The notes beneath the pieces are model-generated. The model saw only the letters and a program-made list of their open reading frames with translations. It was not told the origin of the DNA and searched no databases. Below, one piece after another: positions 18,212 through 28,740 of a stretch of 34,468 bases of DNA. The DNA comes from Myxococcota bacterium. GTDB taxonomy: Bacteria > Myxococcota > JACRCW01. A program made the position numbers and the translations under genes. How positions within the stretch are numbered: the stretch's first letter is position 1; every line of letters starts with the position of its first letter. The DNA lies in assembly GCA_040752415.1 (NCBI GenBank), contig JBFMGU010000108.1, positions 1 through 34,468 on the forward strand. The letters are read 5' to 3'.

Positions 18212-20431
18212 ATGCGCCGGGTGTTGCTGGTTTCCAATCGACTTCCCGTCACCATCACCGGGGACGCGAGCCCGTCCCTCACCTGGAGCGCGGGTGGCCT
18301 GGCCACGGGCTTGCGGCGGGTGCACGCCAACTCCAATGGCCTGTGGATCGGCTGGGCCGGGCAGCACGGTCCGCCCGACGCCGACGTGAACGCACAACTG
18401 GCGGCCATGCGGCTGGTGCCGGTGTCGCTCACGCGTGAGGACGTGGAGGCCTACTACGAGAGCTTCTCCAACGGTGTGCTCTGGCCGCTGCTGCACTACC
18501 TGATGGACCGCATTCCCGCCTCCGCGCACGACTGGGACTCCTACCACCGGGTCAACCAGCTCTTCGCCGACGCGGTCCTCGCGCACCTCCAACCCGACGA
18601 CGTGGTCTGGGTCCACGACTACCAGCTCATGCTTGTGCCGGAGATGATCCGGCGCCGCGCGCCCCACGCGCGCATTGGCTTCTTCCTCCACGTGCCCTTC
18701 CCCGCGCCCGAGGTGTTCAGCACGTTGCCGTGGCGCGACGAGATGCTGCTGGGCCTGCTCGGCGCCGACGTGGTGGGGTTCCACACGCTGGGGTACCTGC
18801 GGAACTTCGCGCAGACGCTGCAGAAGGTCCTGGGCATGGAGGTGGACATGGACCGCGCGCTGCACGGCGGACGAAGCGTGCACCTGGGCGCGTTCCCCAT
18901 TGGCGTCGAGGCCGAGGAGTTCGAGGCGCTGGCGCGCCATCCCGACGTGCGCGCACGCGCCAGCGGCATGCTCGAAGGCAGCTCCACCGAGTGCATCATC
19001 CTGGGCGTGGACCGGCTGGACTACACCAAGGGCATCCCCAGGCGGCTGATGGCCATTGATCGTCTCCTGGAACGGAACACGTCGCTGCATGGCCGGGTGC
19101 GGATGATCCAGGTGGCCGTGCCCAGTCGGGAGAAGGTGCCCGCGTACGAGGACTTCCACCGCCAGGTGAACGAGCTGGTGGGCCGAATCAACAGCCGTCA
19201 TGGCACCGCGTCGTGGGTGCCGGTGCATTACCTCTACCGCTCCGTCTCGCGGGAGGAGCTGGTGGCCATGTACGTGGCGGCGGACATCATGCTGGTCACG
19301 CCCTTGCGGGATGGCATGAACCTGGTGGCCAAGGAGTACGTGGCCAGCCGCACCAACGACGACGGCGTGCTGATCCTGAGCGAGTTTGCCGGCGCGGCCG
19401 AGGAGCTGGGGGAGGCCGTGCTGGTCAACCCCTACGACGTGGCCGGCGTGGCCGGCGCCATCCAGCGCGCCTTGGACATGTCCTCCGACGAGCGCGTCCG
19501 GCGCATGCGCGCGTTGCGCGACCGGGTGCGTCGCTTTGACATCCACCACTGGGCTTCGAGCTTCCTGGCTGCCCTGGATGACGCGCTGGAGGTCCCGTCC
19601 CCCGACGTGGTGGGAACGGTTTCCGCCGCGCAGCTGCTGGACGTGGTGACGCCGGCGGGCGTTGCCCCTGCGCCGGTCACGCTGCTGCTGGACTACGACG
19701 GCACGCTGGTCCCGCACGTGTCACGCCCGGAGCTCGCCACCCCCGACCCGGAGCTCCGCGCGGTGCTGCAGTCCCTGGCCAGCGCACCGGGGATTCGCGT
19801 GGCCGTGGTCAGTGGCCGTCGCAGCGACGACCTGGCGCGCTGGTTCAGCGAGCTTCCCATTGGGCTGCACGCCGAGCACGGCTTCACCTCCCGCGCCACC
19901 GACGGGACCTGGCAGGCCGCGCTCGCCAGCGCCGACCTCACCTGGATTCCCCGCGTGGCCACCATGATGGAGGAGTTCACCGCCCGCGTGCCGGGCTCCA
20001 TCGTCGAGCGGAAGGGGGCGAGCGTGGCGTGGCATTGGCGCGGCGTGGATCCCGGGTTCGGCGCCACGCGGGCGCGTGAGCTGCAACAACACCTCTCCGT
20101 GGTGCTGAGCAACGCGCCCGTGCAGGTGCTGCGCGGGGACCGCGTGGTGGAGGTCCGGGTCCACGGTGTCAGCAAGGCGCTGGTGGCGCGCCCGGTGGCC
20201 GCCGCGTGTGCCCCCGGTGAGCGCATTGTGGCCCTGGGCAATGACTTCACCGACGAGGACATGTTCAAGGCGCTCCCGCCCGAGGCCATCACCGTCCGCG
20301 TGGGCCCCGGGGAGACCTGCGCGCGTTACCGCCTGGCCTCGGTCCGGGAAGTGCGTCGCTTCCTTGCGCTGTTGGTGCGGAGACACGCGGCCACCACCGC
20401 CACGCACGAGCTTGAGGTGGCGCCAAGATGA
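18212..20431 (+). CDS. otsAB: Bifunctional trehalose-6-phosphate synthase/phosphatase
   Basis: [41 protein letters not shown] and [12 protein letters not shown] (GT20 synthase); [12 protein letters not shown] phosphatase domain; RBS GGAGG. Confidence 0.96.
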   Translation: MRRVLLVSNRLPVTITGDASPSLTWSAGGLATGLRRVHANSNGLWIGWAGQHGPPDADVNAQLAAMRLVPVSLTREDVEAYYESFSNGVLWPLLHYLMDRIPASAHDWDSYHRVNQLFADAVLAHLQPDDVVWVHDYQLMLVPEMIRRRAPHARIGFFLHVPFPAPEVFSTLPWRDEMLLGLLGADVVGFHTLGYLRNFAQTLQKVLGMEVDMDRALHGGRSVHLGAFPIGVEAEEFEALARHPDVRARASGMLEGSSTECIILGVDRLDYTKGIPRRLMAIDRLLERNTSLHGRVRMIQVAVPSREKVPAYEDFHRQVNELVGRINSRHGTASWVPVHYLYRSVSREELVAMYVAADIMLVTPLRDGMNLVAKEYVASRTNDDGVLILSEFAGAAEELGEAVLVNPYDVAGVAGAIQRALDMSSDERVRRMRALRDRVRRFDIHHWASSFLAALDDALEVPSPDVVGTVSAAQLLDVVTPAGVAPAPVTLLLDYDGTLVPHVSRPELATPDPELRAVLQSLASAPGIRVAVVSGRRSDDLARWFSELPIGLHAEHGFTSRATDGTWQAALASADLTWIPRVATMMEEFTARVPGSIVERKGASVAWHWRGVDPGFGATRARELQQHLSVVLSNAPVQVLRGDRVVEVRVHGVSKALVARPVAAACAPGERIVALGNDFTDEDMFKALPPEAITVRVGPGETCARYRLASVREVRRFLALLVRRHAATTATHELEVAPR

Positions 20432-20449
20432 GTTGTCTGCCGGAAGGAG

Positions 20450-22147
20450 ATGTCGGTTGTGAGTGGTGAGAGCTTCCGCTCCTGGCTGTCCAACGCGCTG
20501 GGGGTCACCCCGCAGGCGCGGGTCGACCTGCTATGGCTGATGATGGAGCGCCAGCAGCGCGCGTCGTTCACCTACTGGTTCCAGCTTGGCCTCGCCATGG
20601 CCATTGCCACGCTGGGGCTGGTGCTCGGCAGCACCGGGGTGGTGATTGGCGCCATGCTCATCTCCCCGCTGATGGAGCCCATCATTGAAGCCAGCATGGG
20701 GCTCGCCGTGGGGTCCCCCTACCTGGCCATGCGCTCGTTCATCCGCATCGGCGGCAGCATTGTCATGGTGGTGGTCTGCGCCGCGGTGATCACGGTGGCG
20801 CTGCCGTTTCGTGAGGTCACCCCGGAGATTGCCGCGCGCACCACGCCCACGGTCCTGGACCTGCTGGTGGCCCTGTGCTGCGCGCTCATGGCCGCGTTCA
20901 CCACGGCGCGCGCCACCACCGAGTCCGCGGTGGCCGCCAGCGGCACGGCCATTGGCATCTCCCTGGTCCCGCCGCTGTGCGTGGTGGGCTTTGGGCTCGG
21001 TGCGCTGAGCCCTTCCACCGCCGCCGGCGCGGCCCTGCTGTTCACCGCCAACCTCAGCTCCATCCTCCTCTTTGCCACCCTGTTCTTCCTGGCCTGCGGC
21101 ATGGACCGCGTGGACGTGGATGCGCTGGAGTCGAACGCGCTGGCGGGTCCGCATGCCGGAGAGCGCATGGCGCGCGCCGCCCAGGCGCTGCGGAACGTCT
21201 TTGGCTCACGCTACGGGCGACCCATGCGCTGGCTGATGCCCGCCGTGCTGGTGGCGGCCATCTACGTGCCGCTGAGCCAGGCGCTGGCGGAAGTCACCTG
21301 GCAGGTGAGTACGCGCAACCGCGTGACGCGCCTGCTGGCGGAGGAGGAGCTGACGCGGGACCCCGTGCGCCAGAGCATCACCGTGGAGCGGGGCACGGTG
21401 GCGGTGCGCCTGGTGGTGCTGGGCAACAGCGACGACGCCGCGCGTGTGGAGACGGAGCTGCGCCAGCGCATTGCCGACGCGGCGGGCGTGGAGCCGGTGG
21501 TCTCGTTGGTGGCCGTCCCGGACATCGGCACCGTCCGCGCCACCGCCAGCACGCTCATCCCCAAGCTGCCCGCCCCCGCGCCGCCCATTCCCGAGCCACC
21601 CGCGCTCCCCGCCGCGGAAAGCGCGGTCCACGGCGCCTTGACCGCAGTCTGGCCCCGCGTGGCCGGTGAGATGCTCCGCTGGCGGTTGGAGCACCGGGAG
21701 GGCGCACCACCCCTGCTCGAGGTGCTGCACGCCGGCCCCGCGCTCTCCTCGGCGGGCGAGCACCTCCTGGCCCGGGCGCTCACCGAGCGGCTGCGCGCCT
21801 CGGTGCAGGTTCGCACCGTGAACTTCTCCGTCGAGCCGGTCACCGCACCGCCGGAGCAGGCCATCTCCTGGCTCCCCGCGCTCACGCGCATGGTGGAGAG
21901 CGCACTGGACCTGGAGGTTGCGCACGTCTGCGTGGAAGCGCCACCCGCCCGCGCGGCCAGGGGGGTGCCGGACGCCTTGAAGGCGGTCACCGAGCTGCAA
22001 GGGCGACTCGCCGCGCGGATGAACGTCGCGGCGGGGCCGCAGTGGTTGGCGCGGCTCTCTCTCGCTCCGTGTGTTGCGGAAACGCAGCTTGCCACCACGC
22101 CGGGCACCGACGCCTTGCCACCGGCAAAGCCGTCCACCGCGCCCTGA
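20450..22147 (+). CDS. DUF389 (TIGR00341-like) multi-pass membrane protein with extended C-terminal domain
   Basis: IATLGL..STGVVIGAMLISPLMEPI, EIAARTTPTVLDL, GTAIGISLVPPL, LLFTANL. Confidence 0.88.
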   Translation: MSVVSGESFRSWLSNALGVTPQARVDLLWLMMERQQRASFTYWFQLGLAMAIATLGLVLGSTGVVIGAMLISPLMEPIIEASMGLAVGSPYLAMRSFIRIGGSIVMVVVCAAVITVALPFREVTPEIAARTTPTVLDLLVALCCALMAAFTTARATTESAVAASGTAIGISLVPPLCVVGFGLGALSPSTAAGAALLFTANLSSILLFATLFFLACGMDRVDVDALESNALAGPHAGERMARAAQALRNVFGSRYGRPMRWLMPAVLVAAIYVPLSQALAEVTWQVSTRNRVTRLLAEEELTRDPVRQSITVERGTVAVRLVVLGNSDDAARVETELRQRIADAAGVEPVVSLVAVPDIGTVRATASTLIPKLPAPAPPIPEPPALPAAESAVHGALTAVWPRVAGEMLRWRLEHREGAPPLLEVLHAGPALSSAGEHLLARALTERLRASVQVRTVNFSVEPVTAPPEQAISWLPALTRMVESALDLEVAHVCVEAPPARAARGVPDALKAVTELQGRLAARMNVAAGPQWLARLSLAPCVAETQLATTPGTDALPPAKPSTAP

Positions 22148-22287
22148 CCGCCCGCTCCAGCACACCTCCGCGCCTCGCACGTCGCCGGTGAAGCGGTGGT
22201 GGCCGCGCGTTTCCGAGGGGGACGCGCGGATGACCCTGTCGCCTCGGACCGGCCGACGGCGGTGGTTGCTGGCTCCGGTGGCGCGGG

Positions 22288-23169
22288 TCACGGCGGCGCG
22301 GACCCTCCAGCGAGCTGACGGTAGTGCTCCTCGAGATGGTGCGTGCCCACGGCGCGGCCAACCACGTCGCGCTGGCCCATCTGCGCAATGGCGCGCATCA
22401 GGTCGGCCACAAAGGGATTGACCACGCCCACCAGCGGCGCCAGCGCAGACACGACGCCAGCGGGCACACGGCGGACCCGAGGCGCACGCCCCAGCGCGCG
22501 GAAGGCAGCCTGGGCCATCTCCTCCCAGCTGAGGATGTCCGGCCCGCCCACGTCGAGCTGCTGTCCGCCTGGCCCCGCTTCAAGGCAGCGCACCGCTTCT
22601 TCCGCGAGGTCCGCACCGTGGATGGGATTCATCCGTGAATGGCCCGAGCCCACCAGCCACGCGGTGCCGTCGCGCGCCATGCGGAAGAAGTCCTCCATGT
22701 CATTGAAAAACCCCGTGGGTCGCAACACGGTGTATCCCAGTCCGCTGGCCACCAGCTCGTCCACCACCTTCTCCCGCGCCGCCGCCGAGGACACGCCCCG
22801 CTCCCGCAGCTCCCGCCCCTGGATCACCGAGACGAACACCACGTGCGCTACCCGCGCCTCCACCGCGCGCCGCAGGATGTTTGCGTTGGCGGCGTAGTCC
22901 ACGTCCCACGCGGTGGGCCTGCGCTTGAAGTCGTGCTTGCCGAGCGAGGAGAAGACGGCGTCCACCCCGTGGCACAGCCCCGCGAGCGTCTCTGGCCGCG
23001 TGGCCTCTCCCGCGTGGACCTCCGCCACCAGTGGCCGGACATCACCCAGCCGTTCCGCACCGCCACGCACCAGTGCGCGCACCCTCCAACCCTGCGCGCT
23101 GGCCACCTTCACCACGTGGCGTCCCAGGTATCCGTTGGCCCCTGCCACCAGCAGCGTCCTCGTGCCCAT
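22288..23169 (-). CDS. Atypical SDR / NAD(P)-binding oxidoreductase (NmrA-like)
   Basis: VAGANGYLG Rossmann motif, VDYAAN, LRPTGFF, NPIHGADLA, VGGPD. Confidence 0.9.
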   Translation of the reverse strand: MGTRTLLVAGANGYLGRHVVKVASAQGWRVRALVRGGAERLGDVRPLVAEVHAGEATRPETLAGLCHGVDAVFSSLGKHDFKRRPTAWDVDYAANANILRRAVEARVAHVVFVSVIQGRELRERGVSSAAAREKVVDELVASGLGYTVLRPTGFFNDMEDFFRMARDGTAWLVGSGHSRMNPIHGADLAEEAVRCLEAGPGGQQLDVGGPDILSWEEMAQAAFRALGRAPRVRRVPAGVVSALAPLVGVVNPFVADLMRAIAQMGQRDVVGRAVGTHHLEEHYRQLAGGSAPP

Positions 23170-23245
23170 GGCGCAATCCTACAACGGCTGCCCGGGCGCG
23201 GCCGGCGCGGCCTGTGGTGCCGAGGTCACGGGGCGGGCGCGAACT

Positions 23246-25012
23246 TCACGCGTGCGGTGAGGTGCCATGTTCGTGCTCCTCGGCGCGGCCGGTCCGCGGG
23301 ACCCGCAGCGTGAACCGGGTGCCGGTCTCGTCGCTGCGCACCAGGATCTCCCCGCCGTGGGCGCGCGCCACCTGCCGCGCAATGTACAGCCCCAGCCCCA
23401 GGCCGCCGCGACGGGCACCCGTGGTGTAGAACGGGTGGAACAACATGGGCACACGCTCCGGCGGAATGGCCGGCCCGGTGTTGAACACCTCGACCTCAAT
23501 CCCCGCGGTGCCCTGCTGGATGGTCACGTGCACGGGTTGGTCCACGGGGCCGTGCTTCAGCGCGTTGCCCACCAGGTTCTCGACGAGCTGGCTGATGCGG
23601 TCCGGGTCCACGTTGCCGCGCGCCACGTCGGGGCCGTGCAGCTGGATCTCGCGGCCGGGCCACACGGACTGCAATTCCCGGATCACGTCGCGGCACAACG
23701 CCACCACGTCCACCGCCTGGCGTTCCAACGTCAACGTCCCCGAGCGGCTGCGGGCGAAGTCCAGGATCTGGTTCACCATCCGCGACATCCGCTGCGCCGT
23801 GCCCATCATGAACGCCGCCCGTTCCGCGCTGCGCGGCGTGGTGGCCTCCCGCTTCATGAGCTCCGCGGTCAGCACCAACGACGAGATGGGCGTGCGCAGG
23901 TCATGACCCAGGCCCGCCACGAACAGCTCGCGCTCGCGGTCGGCCAGCCTGCGCTCGGTGATGTCCACCATGGCCCCGGTGATCACGCGCGGCGCTCCCA
24001 CGGTCCCGCCCATCACCCGACCCGCACAGCGCAGCCAACGTGTCTCTCCGTCGGGGAGCAGGACGCGGAACTCGCCCGCCACCGCGCCGCCTTCACGCGC
24101 GGCACGGTCCAGGTCACGGCGGAGGGGTACGCGGTCTTCCGCGTGCACGGACTCCAGGAAAGTGCCCAGGGGGCCGGTGGTGTCCTCCTCCGGGAGGCCC
24201 AGGAGACGGTTGAGGTGGGCATCCCGGTGCTCCACGCCCCGCGCCAGGTCCCAGCACCAGGTGCCCACCGCCTCCGACGCCGCCAGCGCCACCCGCAGGC
24301 GCTCATCCGCCGCTTCGCGCAGCCGTTCCGCGAGGTGTTGCCGCCGCAAGGCGCGGCGGGTGCTGACGCCCAGTGCCAACGCCGCCGCGAAGTTCACGCA
24401 CACCAACACCAGGAGTGCCTGCTCGGTGCGCAGCGCGTCCTGACGGGCACGTCGGTGGTTGTCCCAGAGGACCTGCTGACGCATTCGCACCAGGTCCGCC
24501 AAGGCCGCGTCCAGCGCCTCGCGACGGGGCATGGCGTGGTCCTCCATCATTTGTTCCACCAGGGCCACCGCGGCACCGTCGGAGCGGGCACGGAGCAGCT
24601 CGCCCTCCAGCTTCTCCACCTCCTCGTCCAGCGCGCGCACCCGGGCAATGGCGGTGTGGTTGACCTCGCCGGAGAGGCTGGCCTCCAACCACGCCAGCGA
24701 GCGCAGGAACTCGACGTGGCTCTCCTGCCGTTCCCGCACCACCTGCGGGTGACCGACGATCAGGTACGTGCGGGTCTTGCGCGCGGTGCGCTCGCTCAGC
24801 ATCTGCAGCCGCTGCGCTGCCAACAGCGTCCGCGCGTCGTCTTCCATGGCGGACTCCACCTGTTCCGCCGCATCACGCAAACCCACCAACGCCGCGGTGC
24901 TGCTCGCCACGGCCAGCAGCAGCCCACCGACGGTTGCCCCGAGAATCCAGCGGGTGGAGGCCCGCCGACTCTTCTCCAGGTCCCCTGGCATGGGCACCTC
25001 CGTGACGGTCAT
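23246..25012 (-). CDS. Sensor histidine kinase (TM, helical sensor, TM, PAS, HisKA, HATPase)
   Basis: GTWCWD...VHAEDR...EFRV...GETRWL...DITER (PAS/PAC), LGHDLRTP, NLVGNALKHG, GLGLGL. ATG 25012 has RBS GAGGAGG. Confidence 0.92.
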   Translation of the reverse strand: MTVTEVPMPGDLEKSRRASTRWILGATVGGLLLAVASSTAALVGLRDAAEQVESAMEDDARTLLAAQRLQMLSERTARKTRTYLIVGHPQVVRERQESHVEFLRSLAWLEASLSGEVNHTAIARVRALDEEVEKLEGELLRARSDGAAVALVEQMMEDHAMPRREALDAALADLVRMRQQVLWDNHRRARQDALRTEQALLVLVCVNFAAALALGVSTRRALRRQHLAERLREAADERLRVALAASEAVGTWCWDLARGVEHRDAHLNRLLGLPEEDTTGPLGTFLESVHAEDRVPLRRDLDRAAREGGAVAGEFRVLLPDGETRWLRCAGRVMGGTVGAPRVITGAMVDITERRLADRERELFVAGLGHDLRTPISSLVLTAELMKREATTPRSAERAAFMMGTAQRMSRMVNQILDFARSRSGTLTLERQAVDVVALCRDVIRELQSVWPGREIQLHGPDVARGNVDPDRISQLVENLVGNALKHGPVDQPVHVTIQQGTAGIEVEVFNTGPAIPPERVPMLFHPFYTTGARRGGLGLGLYIARQVARAHGGEILVRSDETGTRFTLRVPRTGRAEEHEHGTSPHA

Positions 25013-25138
25013 GGGTGCGCAAACCTCCTCAAACGAGTGCGCCAGGGTGCTGAGGGGAGGTCTACAGAGAACGCACGGAACCCGCATCGAAAAACTGGGG
25101 ACCACCACCACTCGTAGGTCCCTCGCGTTTTCCCCGCC

Positions 25139-26500
25139 TCAGGGCGTGCTCTCCGCGGGCTCCGCCGGCTGCGGCGGCACGAGACCTCGCCCCATGCTCC
25201 AGGTGAGCAGCGGCGGGGTGATCATCGTGGTCACGATGACCATGATCACCACCGCCGAGAACGTCGACTTCGAGATGACCGGCTCACCCGCCACCGAGAG
25301 GCCCATGCCGATGTTCGCGAAGATGAGCCCCACTTCGCCGCGCGGAATCATGCCGATGCCCACGGTGAGCCGGCGGATGCCCTTGTCCAGCACGCCCAGC
25401 CCCGCCGCCAGCTTGCCCACGATCCCCACCACGGTGAGCGCGGCGGCCAGCCCCAGGACGTCTCCCTGGGCAAACGTAGCCAGGTCGGTGCGCATCCCCA
25501 TGACGACGAAGAAGACCGGCACCAGGAAGCTGGTGACCGGCGCCAACAGCTCCTCCAGGGAATGCTCACCGCGGTCCCTGAAGTCCCGGTAGTGCACATC
25601 CTCGAGGAGCAGCCCGGCGGCAAACGCGCCCACGATTGGCGCAAGCCCGATGGCGTTGGCCAGATAGGCAAGCACGAAGCAGAACGAAAGCCCCATGGCC
25701 AGCAGCACGCCGCCCGTGTTGAGGCGCGACGCCAGCGAGAACATCCTCGGGGAAAGCCACACGCCCAGCCCCAACGACACCACCAGGAATCCGCCCGCCT
25801 TCACCACAATCCAGGCAATTCCGCTCCAGGAAGGCGTGGTACCGACGTCGGCCGCGGAGATGACGCCGCCCACCACCGCCAGGATGACCAGGCCCATGAC
25901 GTCATCCAGCACCGCGGCACCCAGGATGAGGCGCGACTCCGGCGACGTGGACCGCCCCAGGTCCTGGAACACGCGCGCGGTGATGCCCACGCTGGTGGCG
26001 GTCAGCGTGGCGCCCAGGAACGCGTGCACGTAGGAGCTGGCCTGCGGCAGGAGGAGCGCGGCGGCCAGCCAGCCCAGCGCAAAAGGCACCACCACGCCGG
26101 CGCTGGCCACCAGCAGCGCGCCCACCCCCACCTTGAGCATCTGGCCCACGGTGGACTCCAGCCCCACTTCAAAGAGCAGCAGCACCACGCCCAGGCGCGC
26201 CAGCAGGTCGACGTGCGGGTCGGTGGTGATGGGGGCAAGCCCGTGGACGCCAAGGTGGCCCAGGTTGCCCAGGATGACGCCGATGACCAGCTCGCCGAGC
26301 ACCGCCGGCTGCCCCAACGCGCGCGCCAGGTGACCGCCCAGCTTGGCCGCCATGAGCAGCACCGCCAGGTACAGGCCGACGGCCGCCGATGGGTCGGCGT
26401 GGGCGTCCGACGCGGAGGCGGAAAGAGGCCAGAGCAGCGCCAGGACAGGGAGCCAGCCCGCGAGTCGACGCGGACGCAGGATGCAGGGATGGTGAGCCAA
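25139..26500 (-). CDS. Cation:proton antiporter (CPA2 / NapA-like)
   Basis: QPAVLGEL, LLFEVGLE, ATSVGIT, GAAVLDDV, IVGAFAAG, VPVFFV, GMIPRGEVG. TTG 26500 has RBS GGAGG at 7 nt; GTG 26536 is an alternative. Confidence 0.92.
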   Translation of the reverse strand: MAHHPCILRPRRLAGWLPVLALLWPLSASASDAHADPSAAVGLYLAVLLMAAKLGGHLARALGQPAVLGELVIGVILGNLGHLGVHGLAPITTDPHVDLLARLGVVLLLFEVGLESTVGQMLKVGVGALLVASAGVVVPFALGWLAAALLLPQASSYVHAFLGATLTATSVGITARVFQDLGRSTSPESRLILGAAVLDDVMGLVILAVVGGVISAADVGTTPSWSGIAWIVVKAGGFLVVSLGLGVWLSPRMFSLASRLNTGGVLLAMGLSFCFVLAYLANAIGLAPIVGAFAAGLLLEDVHYRDFRDRGEHSLEELLAPVTSFLVPVFFVVMGMRTDLATFAQGDVLGLAAALTVVGIVGKLAAGLGVLDKGIRRLTVGIGMIPRGEVGLIFANIGMGLSVAGEPVISKSTFSAVVIMVIVTTMITPPLLTWSMGRGLVPPQPAEPAESTP

Positions 26501-26736
26501 GATGACACCTCCGGAGGCGGCGGCGCGTGCGCCCACCGCACAGCTCCGGATGGCGGCCCGACCATCCGCTCAAGCCTGGGCCGGGAGTCTCCGACCCACC
26601 CTTGAATCTCTCGTTGGCCGGCTATCTGCCACGACGCGGGTGGGGCGGCAACCGCATTGGTCGTCGGCGGTGGCGTGCGCCGAGGACGCCGTGAGCGGAT
26701 GCCGGGACCCGGATGGACCGACGGTGGAGAGCGGAG

Positions 26737-27639
26737 TCATCCCGGCGGGACCACCAGCGTGTCGCAGGGCGCCTGGCGCAACGTCTCCATGGCCACGCTG
26801 CCCAGCAGCAGCTTTCCCAGCGAGGAACGTGCGCGCGTTCCCAGCGTCACCACGTCGGAGTGTTGTCGCGTCGCGGTCATGGGCACCACGTGGCGAGGGT
26901 CCCCCTGACGCAGCAGCAGCCGATGTGGAATCTCCTCCAGCCCAGGAAGCACGTCGCGCTCCAGCCGACGCCGCGCCTCGGCCTTGGCTTCGTCGCGCCA
27001 CGCTGCCAGCTGTTTCGGGCTGGGCTCCGCCATGCGGATCCACCCCCGGAAAGCCACGTCGTAGGCGTGCACCACGTCCCAACGGCCGCTGCCCGGGACC
27101 ACCAGCTTCCGCGCCGCCGCCAGCACGTGCTGCCACGGCTCCGCGGGGTCCACCGCCAGGAGCGGGCGACGGTAGGGACGTCGCGGTTTCATCCCCACCA
27201 CAAGGGACGCCACCGGCGCCTGCACCACCACGCGCTCGGCGGTGGAGCCGAGAAGCAGCCTGGCGTAGCCGCCCGCGCCGCGTTTCCCCAGCACCACCAG
27301 CTCAGCGCGCTGAGCTCGGATGGTCTCCAGGATGCCATTCACCGGTCCACCCGCCGAGAGATGCGTTTCCACCGCCACCCCGCGGAGGCCCGCATCGCGC
27401 AGGCACCGCGAGAGCGCGCGCGCCTCGCCCTCCAACGCCTTGCGCGCGTCGCCCCGGATGCCCCGCAGTCGTGTCGCCAGGGCGCCTCGTGGCGGTGCGT
27501 GCACCAGTGTGACCAAGGCGCGGTCCGCCAGCGGCAGCAGCGCCACGCGCTCCACGGCCCAGCGCGCGCACGTCGAGAAGTCGGTGGCCAGGGCCACCCG
27601 TTGCAGCCGTTGCTCGTCGGGATGCGTGGAGCCGGTCAT
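26737..27639 (-). CDS. Universal stress protein, tandem USP domains
   Basis: VALATDFS, LVVLGKRG...LLGSTAERVV; second domain LLAVD...LGTRARS..LLLGSVA..LRQAPCD. ATGA overlap with mrpG. Confidence 0.92.
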   Translation of the reverse strand: MTGSTHPDEQRLQRVALATDFSTCARWAVERVALLPLADRALVTLVHAPPRGALATRLRGIRGDARKALEGEARALSRCLRDAGLRGVAVETHLSAGGPVNGILETIRAQRAELVVLGKRGAGGYARLLLGSTAERVVVQAPVASLVVGMKPRRPYRRPLLAVDPAEPWQHVLAAARKLVVPGSGRWDVVHAYDVAFRGWIRMAEPSPKQLAAWRDEAKAEARRRLERDVLPGLEEIPHRLLLRQGDPRHVVPMTATRQHSDVVTLGTRARSSLGKLLLGSVAMETLRQAPCDTLVVPPG

Positions 27640-27992
27640 TCGTGCACCCCCTCTTCCGCCTCGTCCAGCTCCGCCTCATGCGCGCGCAGCTCATCCACCA
27701 CCGCGATCATCGGGACTCCCGTCACCAGCGCCGTGCGCGCAATCACCTGCGCGGAGATGGGGACGGTGATGAAGAAGAACGCCACGGTCAGCAACGCGCG
27801 GCTGGTTCCGTCGGCGTCCTGGAAATGCACCGCCACCCCCAGGAACGTGCACCCCACGCCCATGGCGGCCGCCTTGGACACCGCCTGCATGCGCATGAAC
27901 AGGTCGGGCAGGCGCACCACGCCCACCGCGGCCAGCAGCGTCATGGTTGCACCCACCAGCAACAATCCCTGGGTCACCACCTGGGTCATCAC
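27636..27992 (-). CDS. mrpG: Mrp Na+/H+ antiporter subunit G
   Basis: GVVRLPDLFMRMQAVSKA, FFFITVPISA; last mrp gene. Confidence 0.9.
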   Translation of the reverse strand: MMTQVVTQGLLLVGATMTLLAAVGVVRLPDLFMRMQAVSKAAAMGVGCTFLGVAVHFQDADGTSRALLTVAFFFITVPISAQVIARTALVTGVPMIAVVDELRAHEAELDEAEEGVHE

Positions 27993-28261
27993 CTCACCTC
28001 TCTCGTCCGCTCGACGTAGTACGCCATGGCCAACGTCCCCAGGAAACTCACCAGCCCCAAGACCAGGGACACATCCAGCAGCGCCATCTGCTCCATCACC
28101 AGCGCGTACAGCCCCACCACCGCGGCGGCGGTGGTGGTCAGCAGGTCCAACGCCACCACGCGGTCCGACTGCGTGGGCCCGCGCAACAGGCGCCAGAAGG
28201 CCAGCACCATGGCCAGCATGAACATCCCCATCACCACGGTGAGCACGTTGGGCGCGTTCAT
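27989..28261 (-). CDS. mrpF: Mrp Na+/H+ antiporter subunit F
   Basis: RLLRGPTQSDRVVALD, LDVSLVLGLVSFLGT. Start ATG 28261 (ATGA overlap with mrpE). Confidence 0.92.
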   Translation of the reverse strand: MNAPNVLTVVMGMFMLAMVLAFWRLLRGPTQSDRVVALDLLTTTAAAVVGLYALVMEQMALLDVSLVLGLVSFLGTLAMAYYVERTREVR

Positions 28262-28740
28262 CGGAGCAGCTCCAACACCCGTCGCTCGAAGTTGCGCTTG
28301 ATGTGCTCCTCCAGCGCGTCGCGGTCCGAGACGGAGAGGGCGTGGATGAACAGCGCGGAGCGGTCGCGCGCCAGGTGGAGGGTCAACGTGCCTGGCGTCA
28401 ATGTGATCATCCACGACAGCAGCGTGATCTCGGTGTCCGTGCGCGCGTCCAGCCGGATGGCCACCACGCCCGGGTGCGGCGGGTAACGCACGGCCACCAC
28501 GTCGCGGGCCACCGCCAGCGTGGAGCGCACCAGCTCGACGGCCAGGAACCACGCCAGGCCCAGCAGCTGCCTCACCTTGTTGCCGCGCAGGGGCGGACCC
28601 AGGATGGGCTGCAACACCCACAACACCAGGTAGCCGCCAAGCAGCCCCGTCAACAGCGAGGCCAGCGACCAGCTCCCGTGCGCGGCGCACCACACCATCA
28701 TCAGCACCACGTTCCACAGCAGCGCCTGCAACACCGTCAT
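28258..28740 (-). CDS. mrpE: Mrp Na+/H+ antiporter subunit E
   Basis: PGVVAI, ITLTPGT, LFIHAL, FERRV motifs. Confidence 0.92.
   Translation of the reverse strand: MTVLQALLWNVVLMMVWCAAHGSWSLASLLTGLLGGYLVLWVLQPILGPPLRGNKVRQLLGLAWFLAVELVRSTLAVARDVVAVRYPPHPGVVAIRLDARTDTEITLLSWMITLTPGTLTLHLARDRSALFIHALSVSDRDALEEHIKRNFERRVLELLR

Noticed and set aside
17845..18432. N-terminal extension of the phosphoesterase ORF (similarly 3187, 7184, 8070, 9041, 25111, 28717, 31811, 33769 starts)
   Set aside because: These extensions overlap neighbouring genes or promoters; downstream starts have better RBS or coupling support.
26570..26631. sigma54-like CGGCCCAGGCTTGA plus a single motif-like cggctatctgcca upstream of the CPA2 gene
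   Set aside because: No GC at the required spacing and only one half of the motif pair.
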